64,000 bases of DNA from Haliotis rufescens (Eukaryota): positions 14,508,001 through 14,572,000 of the forward strand of contig NW_025964334.1 of the NCBI RefSeq assembly GCF_023055435.1. The letters are read 5' to 3'. A program made the translations under genes and the position numbers. The stretch's first letter is position 1; each line of letters opens with the position of its first letter. Under the pieces are notes generated by a model that saw only the letters and a list, made by a program, of their open reading frames with translations, was not told where the DNA came from and did no database searches. Of the stretch, positions 52,070 to 64,000 are shown in pieces.

Positions 52070-55000
52070 ATGGGTAGCTCGACATCAGGTGATGCTTTGT
52101 GCCGAAGTTCATTAATCAGGATCCTAAAATAGGTGTACAAAAGTTAAATCAGCTTGTAAATCACACTCCTGCATGTATACATGTATATTGTTCATGATGA
52201 TAAGCGTCCCTTGAACACGCCAGAAACCTATGATTGTGAGTTCGAATCCCGGTTCGCCCCGATTATGTTTCTAGGTTTGTCAGCACCATACCCGTGCTCG
52301 TGGGTTTCAGCGAAGCGGTAAACGTCTGAGACCTCCATCACTTCGGGCTTTCCTCCCACATTAAGCTGACACGCTATGATATAACTGGAATAATGTTAAA
52401 AGTGGCGTTAAACCCAACTCACTCACTCACTCACTCACTCACTCACTCATGATTATAAGGGGCGGCGGGGTAGCCTGGCCTCGTCACACCGAGTTTCGAT
52501 TCCCCAAATGGGTACAATATGTGAAGCCCGTTTTTGGTGCCCCCGCCGTGATATTACTGTGATATTGCTAAAAGCGGGGCAACTCACTCACTCATAATGA
52601 TAAAGGGTCTCATAACACACCTTGTTTAATGGCAACAAGGAATACACGTGCATTCACACAATGCATATTCCTTCATGATCATGATCACTGTGGTGTATAC
52701 AAATACGGGTTGAATGTTTAGTTATATTTCATAATTCATGTGTTTGAATATGACGTGGGAGGAAAGCCAGAGGATATATAGGGTGTAGACGTTTACCTTG
52801 GGTCATCGTATATCGTATTCACCCTCAGATATATCTCAAACACTTGTGTAACGATGTTCAGTTGACATAAGACAAATCAGTTCTTTGGGAAACGTGCAGT
52901 GAAATAAACATGAATTTTAGTTTCATATTATGCGATGGAAGATTCGGCCCTGATTCAGAAGGTAAAAGACAAAGTCAGGCGGAAGTGTAAGCTGAATCTG
53001 AAAAAGGTGTCAGCTCGTTCCCAAGCCAGCCCCCTACTTCTTTTCTGCGAGGTCACAACTACCATCGATAAGGCTGTCAATGACATCGTTAAAGAAGCTA
53101 GAGGTATCATTTCATTTGAATTCTTGACATGCACAATTCAACGAAGGATACCCATACGCACAATGGCATTAAACAAATTAACATTTGATTTCATTTCTTA
53201 ACAACACATAACACATGACTTACAAATTGTTGTCTACTTGGCTTTGAAACTTAGGGACCGACCATTTTATATTCTGGGATGGGGGTGATGACTAAGATTA
53301 AAAAAGAAATTGTCCTAGAGAATGCTTAAAAAATAAAACAAGGACATTTGTCTGTCACTAAAATGCATTGTTGCAATATGTTGTTTATTTATTTATTTTT
53401 TTAAAAAGTAGTATTTGGCCTAAAACAAAAATAGAGAGGATATTCCATGCGACGAGTGAAATATCATGCTTCTCTCATCGAGTAACGGGGAAAAGGTGAT
53501 ATTTTCTTGAGATGAGACGAAAATGATATTTCACTCGACACATGGAAAATCCTATTTATTAAATACTTTTTTGTGTAGTTGGCTACCGGAAAATTGAATT
53601 ATTTCATAACAAATCGAAAACCTTGAAACGTAAAATTTCCCTACCTAACACACAGGGTCGTTTCACCATCCCTTGTAAGTGCGACTTTAAAGTAATTTAA
53701 ATTAAAATCTGAAAAAATATAAACAAAAGTAACAAAAAAATATTTGATGTCAAGTAACAAATGTTGTGCCTTTCGGAATGAACAGCCTCGATTGACGAGT
53801 TAAATGAGAATTTACAGTTTACAACAAAACAATTTCAAGAGTAATATTTTCCACCACTCGACAAGAAGCAATATTACATGTAACGCCATAAATAACCATC
53901 TGTCACTATTTTGCCTTGTCAATGCGGAACTAACGTCAATAGGAAGTCAACAGTTTGTGTACGGGCTAGACAATTGCGATAAAGGGAGCTAATTGGCGGG
54001 GAGGTTACTCTTGTAAGACAATAGTTCCGTCGAAGTGTAATGTTCACTGCAGTGAAATATTATGTCTGATGTTCAGTGTTTTTGTTCACTGCAGTAAAAT
54101 ATCAAGTGTTATGTTCACTGCGATGAAAATACCTCTTTTCTGAACTTCAAATTAATATGATTTTGCAACTGTAGCTGAAAAATTATTACTTACCAATACA
54201 GAATCCTAACACCTTCCAGCGCCTCCGTGGTCTAGTGGTAGAGCGTCCCCCCGGAGAGCGGAAGGTCCGGGGTTCGATCCCCGGCCGCGTCATACCAAAA
54301 GACGTTAAAAGATGGTACTTGTTGTTACCCTGTCTGGCGCTCGGCATTAAGGGGCTAAAACAAGGACTGGTCGGCTCGGAGTCAGTATACTGTGTCTGAG
54401 TGGGGTATTCATGCTAAACTGCGGCATTGTATCTCAGTGGGCTAGCACTTTAAATCGGCATCAGTCCGGACTAGTACAAGCAGCCACACACACACACACA
54501 CACACATGCATGCACGTCGCTATATAAGTGCAATAATCTTCGACGCGACGTTAAACCCAATTTCACCTCACCTAACAACTTCCCCGAATATTTAATGATC
54601 GGTCCCTCACAAACGTTAATTAGGAGGCCTGGGTGTCTACTCGGCTTTGAAATTAATTACAAAAGAATACCGCAAAAATACCCGAACCAGCTCCTTAACC
54701 TTCAGTCATAATGGACACCCGTTACTATTGCAAATCTTTGATATAATTCTCCTGTTACTACGTTCATTGCAGGTGGCGATGATGTTTTTGTGGTCACGGT
54801 TAAAGTCAGCAATAGACACCCTGGAAAAAACAAGCATTTGTCCGATTTCATAGCGGAAAGCACAAGGAGATTAATTGGAGACGCTTGTGTGTTCTTCTTT
54901 GACATGAACCTTGCATCAACTGATTACCGAAATGACAATAAAATTGCCTTTTGTGGAATAAAACGGTTCATGGCAGATGTCAAGCCAGCTGATAGACATA

Positions 55001-57459
55001 TGATACTGCCTCATGTCACTTTTCAGAGACATCCCTTCCTCAATGAGCCAGGTAAATATAATTACTAATATAACATATTGTGACCCTATATAATATAGTG
55101 ACCCGCCAAGAGAAAAGGGACCTTTTGGGTGCTAGGGTACACTTGTGCTATGACGTCATCAAGACGTTTGACGTCAGCTTCCTTTAGTGAAGATCGCCAT
55201 GTGTGATGTCATGTATTTCTGTAACAAATATGAATTGAAGCTTGTGAATTGTATATTTATATTCCGAAGGTGCCGTAGTTTAAAAATATAATGAAAAGTT
55301 AAAATGAAAATTTTCACCCATAAGGTTCCTTATCTCATGGTCGGTCACGTATGATGTTTTCAACAAAGCGTCATTCGTAACAGGACACAACAACATGATT
55401 ATTTGTTTATTTTAATTTGTCATAGAAGAGTAGCTTGGGGATAGCTAAATATGAAAACGTTTGGATTCCTCACGTTGGACTTGTGCATTTTAAAGGCGGC
55501 CATGTCAAGTAGTTTGCTGTATTCTAGGCCGGACCATATGCACGTGCGTTCAACTTGCGCCTATTGATACAGCGCGCTTCATGTAGGCATGGTATATATA
55601 CAAACGTAATCACAACAGTGTTTCTTGTGGACTAGAAGGTGCATTGTTGTCGTAAGTCATAATACATGGGACAAAATAAGAAAAACTGATGTTCGCTTTA
55701 AATTACATCATGAACGTACACATAATGAATTGTATAGCTCGTTCCTCATTTTTAACTTCGACAGATTTTCACGAAAATAACAAATATTTAACGGAATTGT
55801 CTTTGTGTTATTGTATACAAATACTCCTCAGACTCTAACAAGCTTTTAAATCTTTGATCATTGTCAGTCGATAACAACTTGCTTTCCAACATAGTGAGTG
55901 AGTGAGTGAGTGAGTGAGTGAGTTTGGTTTAACGCCGCTTTTAACAGTATTCCAGTTATATCACGGCGTGTCAGCTTAATGTAGGAGGAAAACCCGAAGT
56001 GATGCAGGTCTCAGACGTTTACCACTTCGGTGAAACCCACGGGCACAGGCATTGTGCTGACAAACCTAGAAACATAATCGGGGCGAACCGGGATTCGAAC
56101 CCACAATCATAGGTTTTCTGGCGTGCCCAAGGGACGCAACTCTGCACAGCGAATCGCGGCGCCTTAGACGACTGGGCCACCCGTGCCCCCCTTTCCAACA
56201 TAGAATTTCACTTCTGGTACAAACTGTTAACTAATAAATGTTTGAATAGAAAAGCCGCTGAATTGCAACACAGAAATAAAGGAGGATAACAGAGAGTTGA
56301 AGTGCGAACATTTGTGGTACTATATCCGGCATTGTCAAGATACAAGAACATAATGTAAGGGGTAAGGTGGTACATCCCGTTGTATTAACACTGTAGAACA
56401 TGTACATATGATTAGACATTTACGCTTCATTTTTCAGTTTTTGGGTAATATGTCTTCGTTTGTAAACACACTGCAGATATAAACGTACCATTTTTCAGTT
56501 TGCTTCTATTTTGAACCTGGGAGTCACATGGAACAAGACACACTGACCTTCGTGCAGGACGTAGGGCAGTTCCCCTTGCAGAAGTGTGCCAGATCTGACG
56601 TCAGGTCTGTCAGCCCGCTCATTGTGTTCACACTTTGCTACACCCGTGTTGATGAGGATGCTAATTCAATCCTCAGACAAGCCAGAGGTAACCTTTGCTT
56701 TATTTAGGGAACATGTTCAAATGCTTGTATTAATATGTCTTACTATGTGTTGGGTTAGTATGCTTACCGAAAGATGGAGTCGCTATATGGCTGAAATAAT
56801 GCCCGTGCGACGTTAACTTGTAACTCACTCACTCGCTGAGAGATGGTCGTTTAAATTTACTTTATCATATGATAAGCAGAGAGATATATATGTAGACAGT
56901 GATTTATTAAATATATTGTTTTAAAAAGTGCAGTGTGTATTATTCATAGAAATGATCCATCATAAAATTGGCTATCACTATTCCCTCTCATACACCTCAA
57001 AATTTGAGATATGCGTTCGGTCAAACAGAGTGCAGTTTTCATATCAATTGTTTGATAAAGGTTAGCGCAGTACCTCTAAACTTCTGCATTCCTAACGATG
57101 ACAGTTTTAAGAATGCGTTGATCAAAATATATTGGCAACCACTAAGTGACTAAATATGCAGTATATGTTCTTCAGATGGACATGACGTGTTTCTGGTGGT
57201 GATAGAAAGTGCCTACAAGCACTCAGCAATCACAATCAGCAATGTTCCACATCTATCTTCAAGGACCAGAAGTCGTATTGGAGAGAGCGGCACACTGGTG
57301 TACTCACTTGACTGCAAGAGCTTTCAAGAAACGAGTCAGAATATGCAGATGATACAAAGATTACGGAAGTTTCTTATCGACACGGTGGAAGCAAACAAAT
57401 CCAATAGTTTAAGAAGATCAAGAAGTACTTTAGCCGATTGCCGTGGAACACTGCTTTGA
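52070..57459 (+). CDS. Uncharacterised gene B with two tandem copies of the same domain (exons: putative 52070-52088, then 52921-53103, 54773-55051, 56499-56687, 57176-57459; about 317 aa)
   Basis: All junctions AG/GT phase 1 and in frame (183, 279 and 189 nt internal exons). Domain 1: SPLLLFC..KEAR-GGDDVFVVTV..RLIGDACVFFF. Domain 2: SPLIVFT..RQAR-DGHDVFLVVI..RIGESGTLVYSLDCKSFQETSQNMQMIQRLRKFL. The first exon (MGSSTS) is tentative. Confidence 0.8.
52203..52450 (+). mobile_element. 5'-truncated family L SINE
   Basis: Near-identical to 9768-9995, with a (ctca)n tail. Confidence 0.85.
53253..54608. mobile_element. TIR-bounded non-autonomous DNA element with nested hairpin element and SINE
   Basis: agggaccgaccattttatattctggg / cccgaatatttaatgatcggtccct imperfect TIRs; internal hairpin at about 53438-53553; family M SINE at 54218-54572. 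Confidence 0.55.
54218..54572 (+). mobile_element. Family M SINE
   Basis: Near-identical to the 17550 and 36001 copies; TSD about ctaaca(c/a)cttcc. Confidence 0.85.
55098..55348. mobile_element. MITE
   Basis: TIR gtgacccgccaagagaaaagggaccttttgggtg / cacccataaggttccttatctcatggtcggtcac. Confidence 0.6.
55895..56190 (-). mobile_element. Family L SINE, full length
   Basis: TSD ctttccaacatag; head ggggcacgggtggcccagtcgtctaaggcg; box B gggttcgaatccc; (ctca)n tail. Confidence 0.88.
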
Positions 57460-60030
57460 ACACGAGAATATGACAGTTCTTGGCAAGTGTCTTCTCCAAA
57501 AGCTTGTTTTTTCACACTTCAGGGGAGGTGAAGGCTCCTTCTTTAGCCCAGACGAACAGAAACTCGATATTGGAATATCGTTTATATTGTAAGAGTAAAT
57601 TGACTGCACATTCTTGTTAACCCTGATCACCACGTTTAATGAAAAAAAACCCATGGTTCAAAGAACGAAGTTTCCCCTCAGGTTTTTCGTGTGGGATGGC
57701 GGTGTACAAAGTTGAAAAATCAAATATTTTGACGTAATTGCAGTTGCTTCTTTTCTGAGATTGCTAAACTTGAAGTTAGTTCAAGTATTTGAGAATCCAC
57801 TTGTCTCAAATACTTTTTATGGATCATGTGAAGACAGTTCTTTGATTGTATTAATGCATATGAGGTACATTTATAGCATTATGTCCCTCTTTTTACAGAT
57901 ATGTTATTTGACATCCAGTACAAAAGAGGAATGGACATATCTTCAGGCTTTAGAACCTAGCATAAAGGTGATAGTGCTGATGCATGTTTGTCACAGATGT
58001 ACTCCTCTGTTACCAAACATGTGGACTTTATTTGATATGTTACTTATACCAAGTTCTTTGATCAAATAAATAATGTAATGATGCTTACATGTTACAGATA
58101 TAGGCCTTGTCAGTTGGAAAAAGTACGAACATGCAATGTAGGGCAGCCAGACTATGGATGACGGCTGGCCAGTACAGTATGACTTTATTGCAATTCTGTG
58201 TCCAGTTTTCGGTGTGTACATTCTAAAAATGACACCATACCCACTGACTTAACCTACTCTGAAAGACAATCAACAGTTTCCTATTTTCTATTAGCCCATG
58301 TTTGACATACGCTTCGATAGCATTCATAATGATTGTAAATTGGTATTGCAGTTCACGATATTTTCAGCTATATTTAAATAATTTGAACTGACGAAAGTTG
58401 ATGTCAACAATAGGGATACCACCTGTAGTTATATGACTAGCAGGTTGGTAGACAAACTCCTGGAGCCATTCCCGTGGTTCACGTGATCTCAAATTACGCG
58501 CCCCTGATTTCCACAACCAATTTGATTTGCTAGACTGTTCGGTCTAACGGACCAATGAGAATGGGAGTTAGAAACCAGCCTCAATGTTGGGGTCGATATC
58601 AACAACATGGCGGCCAGTTCCATTGATTACCATTGAGTTTGCAAGAAATTCAACGCTGAAAACCCCAAAACGTTTTTGATGGAAAGGATGTGTTCATGTC
58701 CACTGAAACTGGCGGTGGCAAATTCCCCTTACCAATTTTTGTTTTCCTTATTTCGAGATTTATTGGTCGGAAAATGTTTTAAGGAAAATCATGGTTGGAT
58801 ATATTGAGATCGCGAGACCTCACGAATGGATCGAGAGATTATTGAGAGTAACTTACCGAAATGTGAGCCCTGGGCATATTGGGCATGAGTTGGTGGCGAC
58901 GTTTGTTTATATGATAAATAAGTTGAAAGCGTAAAGACCAGCATCACTTCAGGCTTTACTCCTTTCAAATGGAGACGCCGTTTTAAGTGGCGTTAAACTA
59001 AACTCAATCACTAACTCACTATGAGGGCCCAAGTACAGAAGTAGATCTTATCTTACGAATGTAAATATTAATTAGAAAAAATCGAATGTGTGTAATTAAA
59101 TAAATTCATTAAAACATTTTGACATATATCTTCCGCAATACCTTTAATCCATACAGGATATCCTCCTTATGTTCACGGAAAGCCTTTTACAAAGTATAAA
59201 ACCACCATTAACAGTGCCCACATCAAGCATCTATTATACAGCGTAAATAACAACTGTAGGTTACTCGAAAATGTAATTAGCCAAATATCTAATATTCATC
59301 AATTATATATGTGATTTGCTTTGTGGAACAATAAAACAATTTATACGTCATACGTTTTTCATTTGTATTTCCGTTTAACACGAGATTAAATAAAAAAGGG
59401 CACATTTAATGTAAGCCAGTTTGGTGCATATTTCCAGATTGAATTGTTTGTTATATTTAGGATAAATTCTTGCAAACTTACAAAGGCGCATATGGTATAA
59501 GAAGGTGCGCGAAAGGGGAACTAAATTGATGAAATGGCCACCAGAGGACACGAGTCGTAACTCGGGTCGTTCCGGATTGACACAATTAGTGACACAATGT
59601 GGTGACACAACCGGTACACCGTCTGAACAAGCAATGTACTACAAAGATATTTTTGGCTATCATATTTAAAATCAGATTGGATATCCTATTGAAGACATAT
59701 ATTAATTTGTTTGTTGTTTGACACCGCACTCCGCAATATGACATCTACATGCCGGCGGTCTGTATATAAAGGAGTCTGGACCAGACAAACCAGTTATTGT
59801 ATGAGCAATAATCACGCATTTGGGGACAGGAAACTTCAATCAACCAAGTGGCCCCTTACAACAAGCAAAGGTTCCTGGGACAATTCTTATTGCCATGGAG
59901 GTAGGGCATTTAAAAAAAAGATGGACTTTTTTGCAAAGTTATTTCTATGATTTACAACTAGGATGTACATACACAGCAGGATCTTCCCATTGAATTGAAA
60001 CTTATTCAGTCTTCTAGTTCTGGATGTATA

Positions 60031-61465
60031 CACTCTTCAAAAAAAGAAACGCACAGGTAGATTTTTAGTACATTTATCGAACCTCATAAAGTCGATATAT
60101 TTGATTTAATATCATAGATACAAATATGAAATTTTGAAGCTCGATAGTCACATGTTGTCGGTGTACAAAGACATTGAAAACTGTTCATTGTCATGTCACA
60201 TAAGGCCACAAGGTTGCGCTGAACTCAATATCTCGTGTGACCGCCCAGGGCAGCAATCACGGCTCTGCATCTCCTCGGGACTGACTGGATAAGTGTACGA
60301 ATTCTTCTTGGGAAATTCTGCGCCATTCTGCTTGTAACGCGTTGGCCAGTTGTGTGAGTGTCTGCGGCGTGTTCTGATGTTGACGTACACGTCGATGGAG
60401 TTCATCTCAGAGGTGTTCCCTTGGGTTGAGATCTGGAGATCTCGACGGCCAGGGCAGGTCGTTGATGTTGGCATTATGAAGGAAGAGTATGTGCGGTGGA
60501 GCGTTGTCCTGTTGAAACAGCTCCCTCTGGCGGTCAATGATTGGAAGAAGGTGAGGTTGAAGAATTTGATTCATCCAGTGATTTGCTGTCAACCCCACCC
60601 CCTTCCACACCATGGCACTACCGCCACCGAAATTCACGTCGAATTCACGTACACGTACACAATACGGGGCAAACCGCTCATTTCGACGACGATAAACACG
60701 TTGTCCTCCATCTTGTCGGTGAAGAAGAAATTCCAAGGCTGTAAGGTATGACACCGACGCAAGCGTCGCTGTCGCTGGATCTGTTACAAAACAGGGACAA
60801 TAACTGGATTTCTGGGTCGGATTCAAGCCTCGCGAAGATGGTTCCTGACAGTCTGGTCCGATATCCTCCTCAAACCAGGGATGCGTCCTGAAGTCTCCGT
60901 AGCTGCGGCATTGCGATGACGTGGGCGGAACAGTCGAATGAAGCGATCCTGTGCAGGGGCGGTAACTCTTGGTTTGGCCGGTTCTCGGACGGTCTGCAGT
61001 GGAACTGAACTGTGTGTATCGGGCTCAAAGGCGGCAAATGGTGCTGTGGTGGACGTTGAAGTGGCGTGCAACAGAAGACTGCGATTCCCCTCTTTGGATA
61101 CGTCCTATGGCGATGCTCCGATCGGCAGCGCTGAGTCTCGGCATTTTCGACATTTCGAAAAATGTTGACAATTGAATGACAACTTATTGGCTTATGCATG
61201 CTTGCCTTTATATAGCCACTACCACGAGATACGAATGCCATTACTTGCACTAGCATTTTGCTTTACTGTTTTTCTCCATGACATTTTTTAACAAGTGTGA
61301 AAACAATGCCGTTAAAGGCATTGCAAATCGACAATGACGCACCGTTTGTCGAATATCAGGCCACCAGCATTTTCCAATATATATCCATTTTTTATACCGG
61401 ATATTTTGTGTATTTAGGTTCAATGAACTACATACTACCTGTGCGTTTCATTTTTTTGAAGAGCG
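60031..61465 (-). mobile_element. Tc1 DNA transposon, decayed
   Basis: TIRs cactcttcaaaaaaagaaacgcacaggtag / ctacctgtgcgtttcatttttttgaagagcg with TA flanks; fragments PRVTAPAQDRFIRL, FQQDNAPPH, WPSRSPDLNPREHL. Confidence 0.9.
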
Positions 61466-61672
61466 TATGCATTTGTCATGTCTCGTAGTCATACGTGTAT
61501 GGTTGTTGTTGCCTCTTTGAGCAATATTCCAGCAACAACACGCTTCGGGGACGCCTGAAATGCGGTTGACGCTTTGTACAATGTACCTATGAGGGGAAGT
61601 GAACCCGGGGCATCGGAGAGACGGGCACATAACTTAACCACTAGGTTCACCCACTTATAAAAGGCCACTTAA

Positions 61673-62123
61673 CACCCTTGCCGAACTAGGCTGGAATTTC
61701 TGGGCTCGATCGTATCGCCACCAGTAGCAATTATTATTTATAACCCTTCTATGTCCCTACTATTGACCAATCAGCTTCCACCTCTCATATCACTTGCATT
61801 TGTTTCAAACAGAATGGCGGCGCCCACACAAGAGGATCTGATCGATAATCAAGATCAAGAAACGGGTCACAACTCGCAAAGTGTATTAAATTACTTGAGC
61901 ACCTTGATTGAACACAAAAGAAAATTTTGAAAATATCTGTCGACCCCCATTTGATTGGACACATGCTCTGCAAATCCTGCAGTCGACGGACGTCTGCACG
62001 GTGATGTCCATGTTGTTTTAGAAACGGATGTCTAGGTCGTTACGCGATTGTGATTGGACTATGTATAGACTCGTAAGTCCAGCCACAATGTAACGAAGAG
62101 TACAGCCTAGTTCGGCAAGGGTG
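61673..62123. mobile_element. Non-autonomous TIR element (MITE)
   Basis: Perfect 21-bp TIR cacccttgccgaactaggctg / cagcctagttcggcaagggtg. Confidence 0.7.
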
Positions 62124-63527
62124 GAAACTGGACTTTTATAGTCAGTTAAGGCCCTTGATTCGGGAAGATGCACCAACCCGAACGGCATGCATGTATGATA
62201 GCTTCAGTACAGTCACTGTCATCAATTTGCATCCTTATTGTATGTTCAGATAGCGCCCTGTCATCTGGCGAGATTTCCTATTTCCGTCTGACTGTATTTA
62301 TCTTTCCTGTGAGCTGTTCACATGTTTCCTTCTCAGACACATTCAACCTTACATTTGGCTCATGGTATGCGAGGCAATTGCGAGCGTTGGTTGACAGACA
62401 TAGTCAGGCTCTTCAAGGTAGGATAAACGTATGCCATTAATATGCACTCATCGATGTGTATTTCATGCATGAACAGAAATAATGTTTCACATTTGTGTTT
62501 ACACTCGTCTATTGAGATTGCTAAATTGTTTCAGTAAAGCTTTCAAAAATTGTATGGTATACATGTTGAGGACATTTCCAAATTCGTTTTATCAGTGACA
62601 AAAATGATGTCCGATCCCATTCCCTATTTTGATTTATACCATATGTTCCCGTGTTTTATCAGGTGAATACTTGATTTGTCTTTGCATGTGTTTGTGATGG
62701 ATGCCACCTTTTCTGGAACGACTAGTAACATCATTATTTGATAGTGATTCATAAACACATGCTCATGATATAGTAGGTATGGTACAGTCGACTCTGCTTT
62801 TGACTGAGAGCTCTTATGAACATGGAAAGGGTTTGGTCGCCTTTATTTATTATTATGTTGCTCGAACTTACAGACCTCGTGTCGCACAGCTTCGTCTCAT
62901 GAATGTAAATGCACTTTCGATTGGTTTTGTTACAGATGCCGTGCTGGGATAAATGCGTTGGGGCGGTAATGTATTAATTTGTTGATAAAAGTGAGACGTG
63001 TTTTACGACTCCATCAGAAATGTATACATATATATAACGGCGGCCTGTAAATATACATGTCGTCTGAATCAGGCAAACCCGCGACTGAAAAAATGACACG
63101 CACTTAGGTGACTAGACCCCATTTCACAAAGTCACCGTAGAGCTAAGACTAACGTAAAGCTATATGAGTCGTATATACGACAGTCGTATACTCACTTTGT
63201 ATAACGGTACCAAGCCGGCTTGTAATCAGTAGAATCTGGACAAGAGTCTGCGACTGAAAGACCATGTGATCCAGATGAGAGTCACAATGGTAGCCACTAT
63301 GATAGCCATTGATGCTGGATCCGTGAAGATCTGGGGTAGCATGGGTCTTCAGCAACCAATACTTGCCGTAAGAGGCGACTATGCTTGTCGTAAGAGACGA
63401 CTAACGGGATTGGGTGGTCAGGCTCGCTTAATTGGTTGGTGCATGGCATCGTATCCCAATTGTGTGGATCAATGCTCACGATGTCCTTGTCTGGTCCAGA
63501 CTCCGTTATTTACAGACTGCCGATAGC

Positions 63528-64000
63528 TACACAGAACTGAAACATGGCAAAGTGATATGTAGATAGGTACACAGAACTGAAACATGGCAAAGTGATATGT
63601 AGATAGGTACACAGAACTGAAACATGGCAAAGTGATATGTAGATAGGTACACAGAACTGAAACATGGCAAAGTGATATGTAGATAGGTACACAGAACTGA
63701 AACATGGCAAAGTGATATGTAGATAGGTACACAGAACTGAAACATGGCAAAGTGATATGTAGATAGGTACACAGAACTGAAACATGGCAAAGTGATATGT
63801 AGATAGGTACACAGAACTGAAACACGGCAAAGTGATATGTAGATAGGTACACAGAACTGAAGCATGACAAAGTGATATGTAGATAGGTACACCGAACTGA
63901 AACATGGCAAAGTGATATGTAGATAGGTACACCGAACTGAAACATGGCAAAGTGATATGTAGATAGGTACACCGAACTGAAACATGGCAAAGTGATATGT
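63528..64000. repeat. 40-bp near-perfect minisatellite, running off the window end
   Basis: Unit acagaactgaaacatggcaaagtgatatgtagataggtac, about 12 copies. Confidence 0.95.

Noticed and set aside
56477-56498. Alternative acceptor ctgcag at 56476 for the gene B exon
   Set aside because: It does not keep the conserved domain frame (22 nt upstream, and a TAA lies in the domain frame); the acceptor at 56498 does.
45346-57459. Genes A and B as one three-domain gene
   Set aside because: Gene A's last exon ends in an in-frame TAA at 49581-49583 with no convincing donor before it; read-through splicing cannot be fully excluded without RNA data.
63469-63990. Three overlapping 146-173 aa minus-strand ORFs
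   Set aside because: Artefact of a 40-bp repeat with no stops on that strand.

Overview
AT-rich, repeat-dense animal genomic DNA with spliceosomal introns, not prokaryotic. The SINE repertoire suggests a gastropod, probably abalone (Haliotis); this is an inference. There are two host-gene clusters, both on the + strand. (1) A tandem array of two-exon C-factor/sniffer-like short-chain dehydrogenase/reductase (SDR) genes: three intact 255-aa copies at 18.9-20.4, 24.4-26.5 and 35.2-37.4 kb, a decayed exon-1 pseudogene at 16.5 kb, and possibly an exon-less relic at about 43 kb. The copies show mosaic, gene-conversion-like identity. (2) Two paralogous multi-exon genes (45.3-49.6 kb and 52.1-57.5 kb) built from three copies of an uncharacterised ~130-aa alpha/beta domain, with all introns in phase 1. 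A 3-kb, 47-bp satellite in the first gene is a tandem amplification of its own exon end plus 5' splice donor. The rest is transposon debris: four different Tc1 (DD34E-type) elements, a degenerate DIRS/Ngaro tyrosine-recombinase retroelement inserted into a LINE RNase H region, hAT fragments, four SINE-like families with a shared 3' tail, several MITE/hairpin elements, a Penelope-type hammerhead-like motif, and satellites with 30-, 40-, 29-, 10- and ~171-bp units. Exon boundaries were read manually from the sequence; repeat boundaries are approximate.
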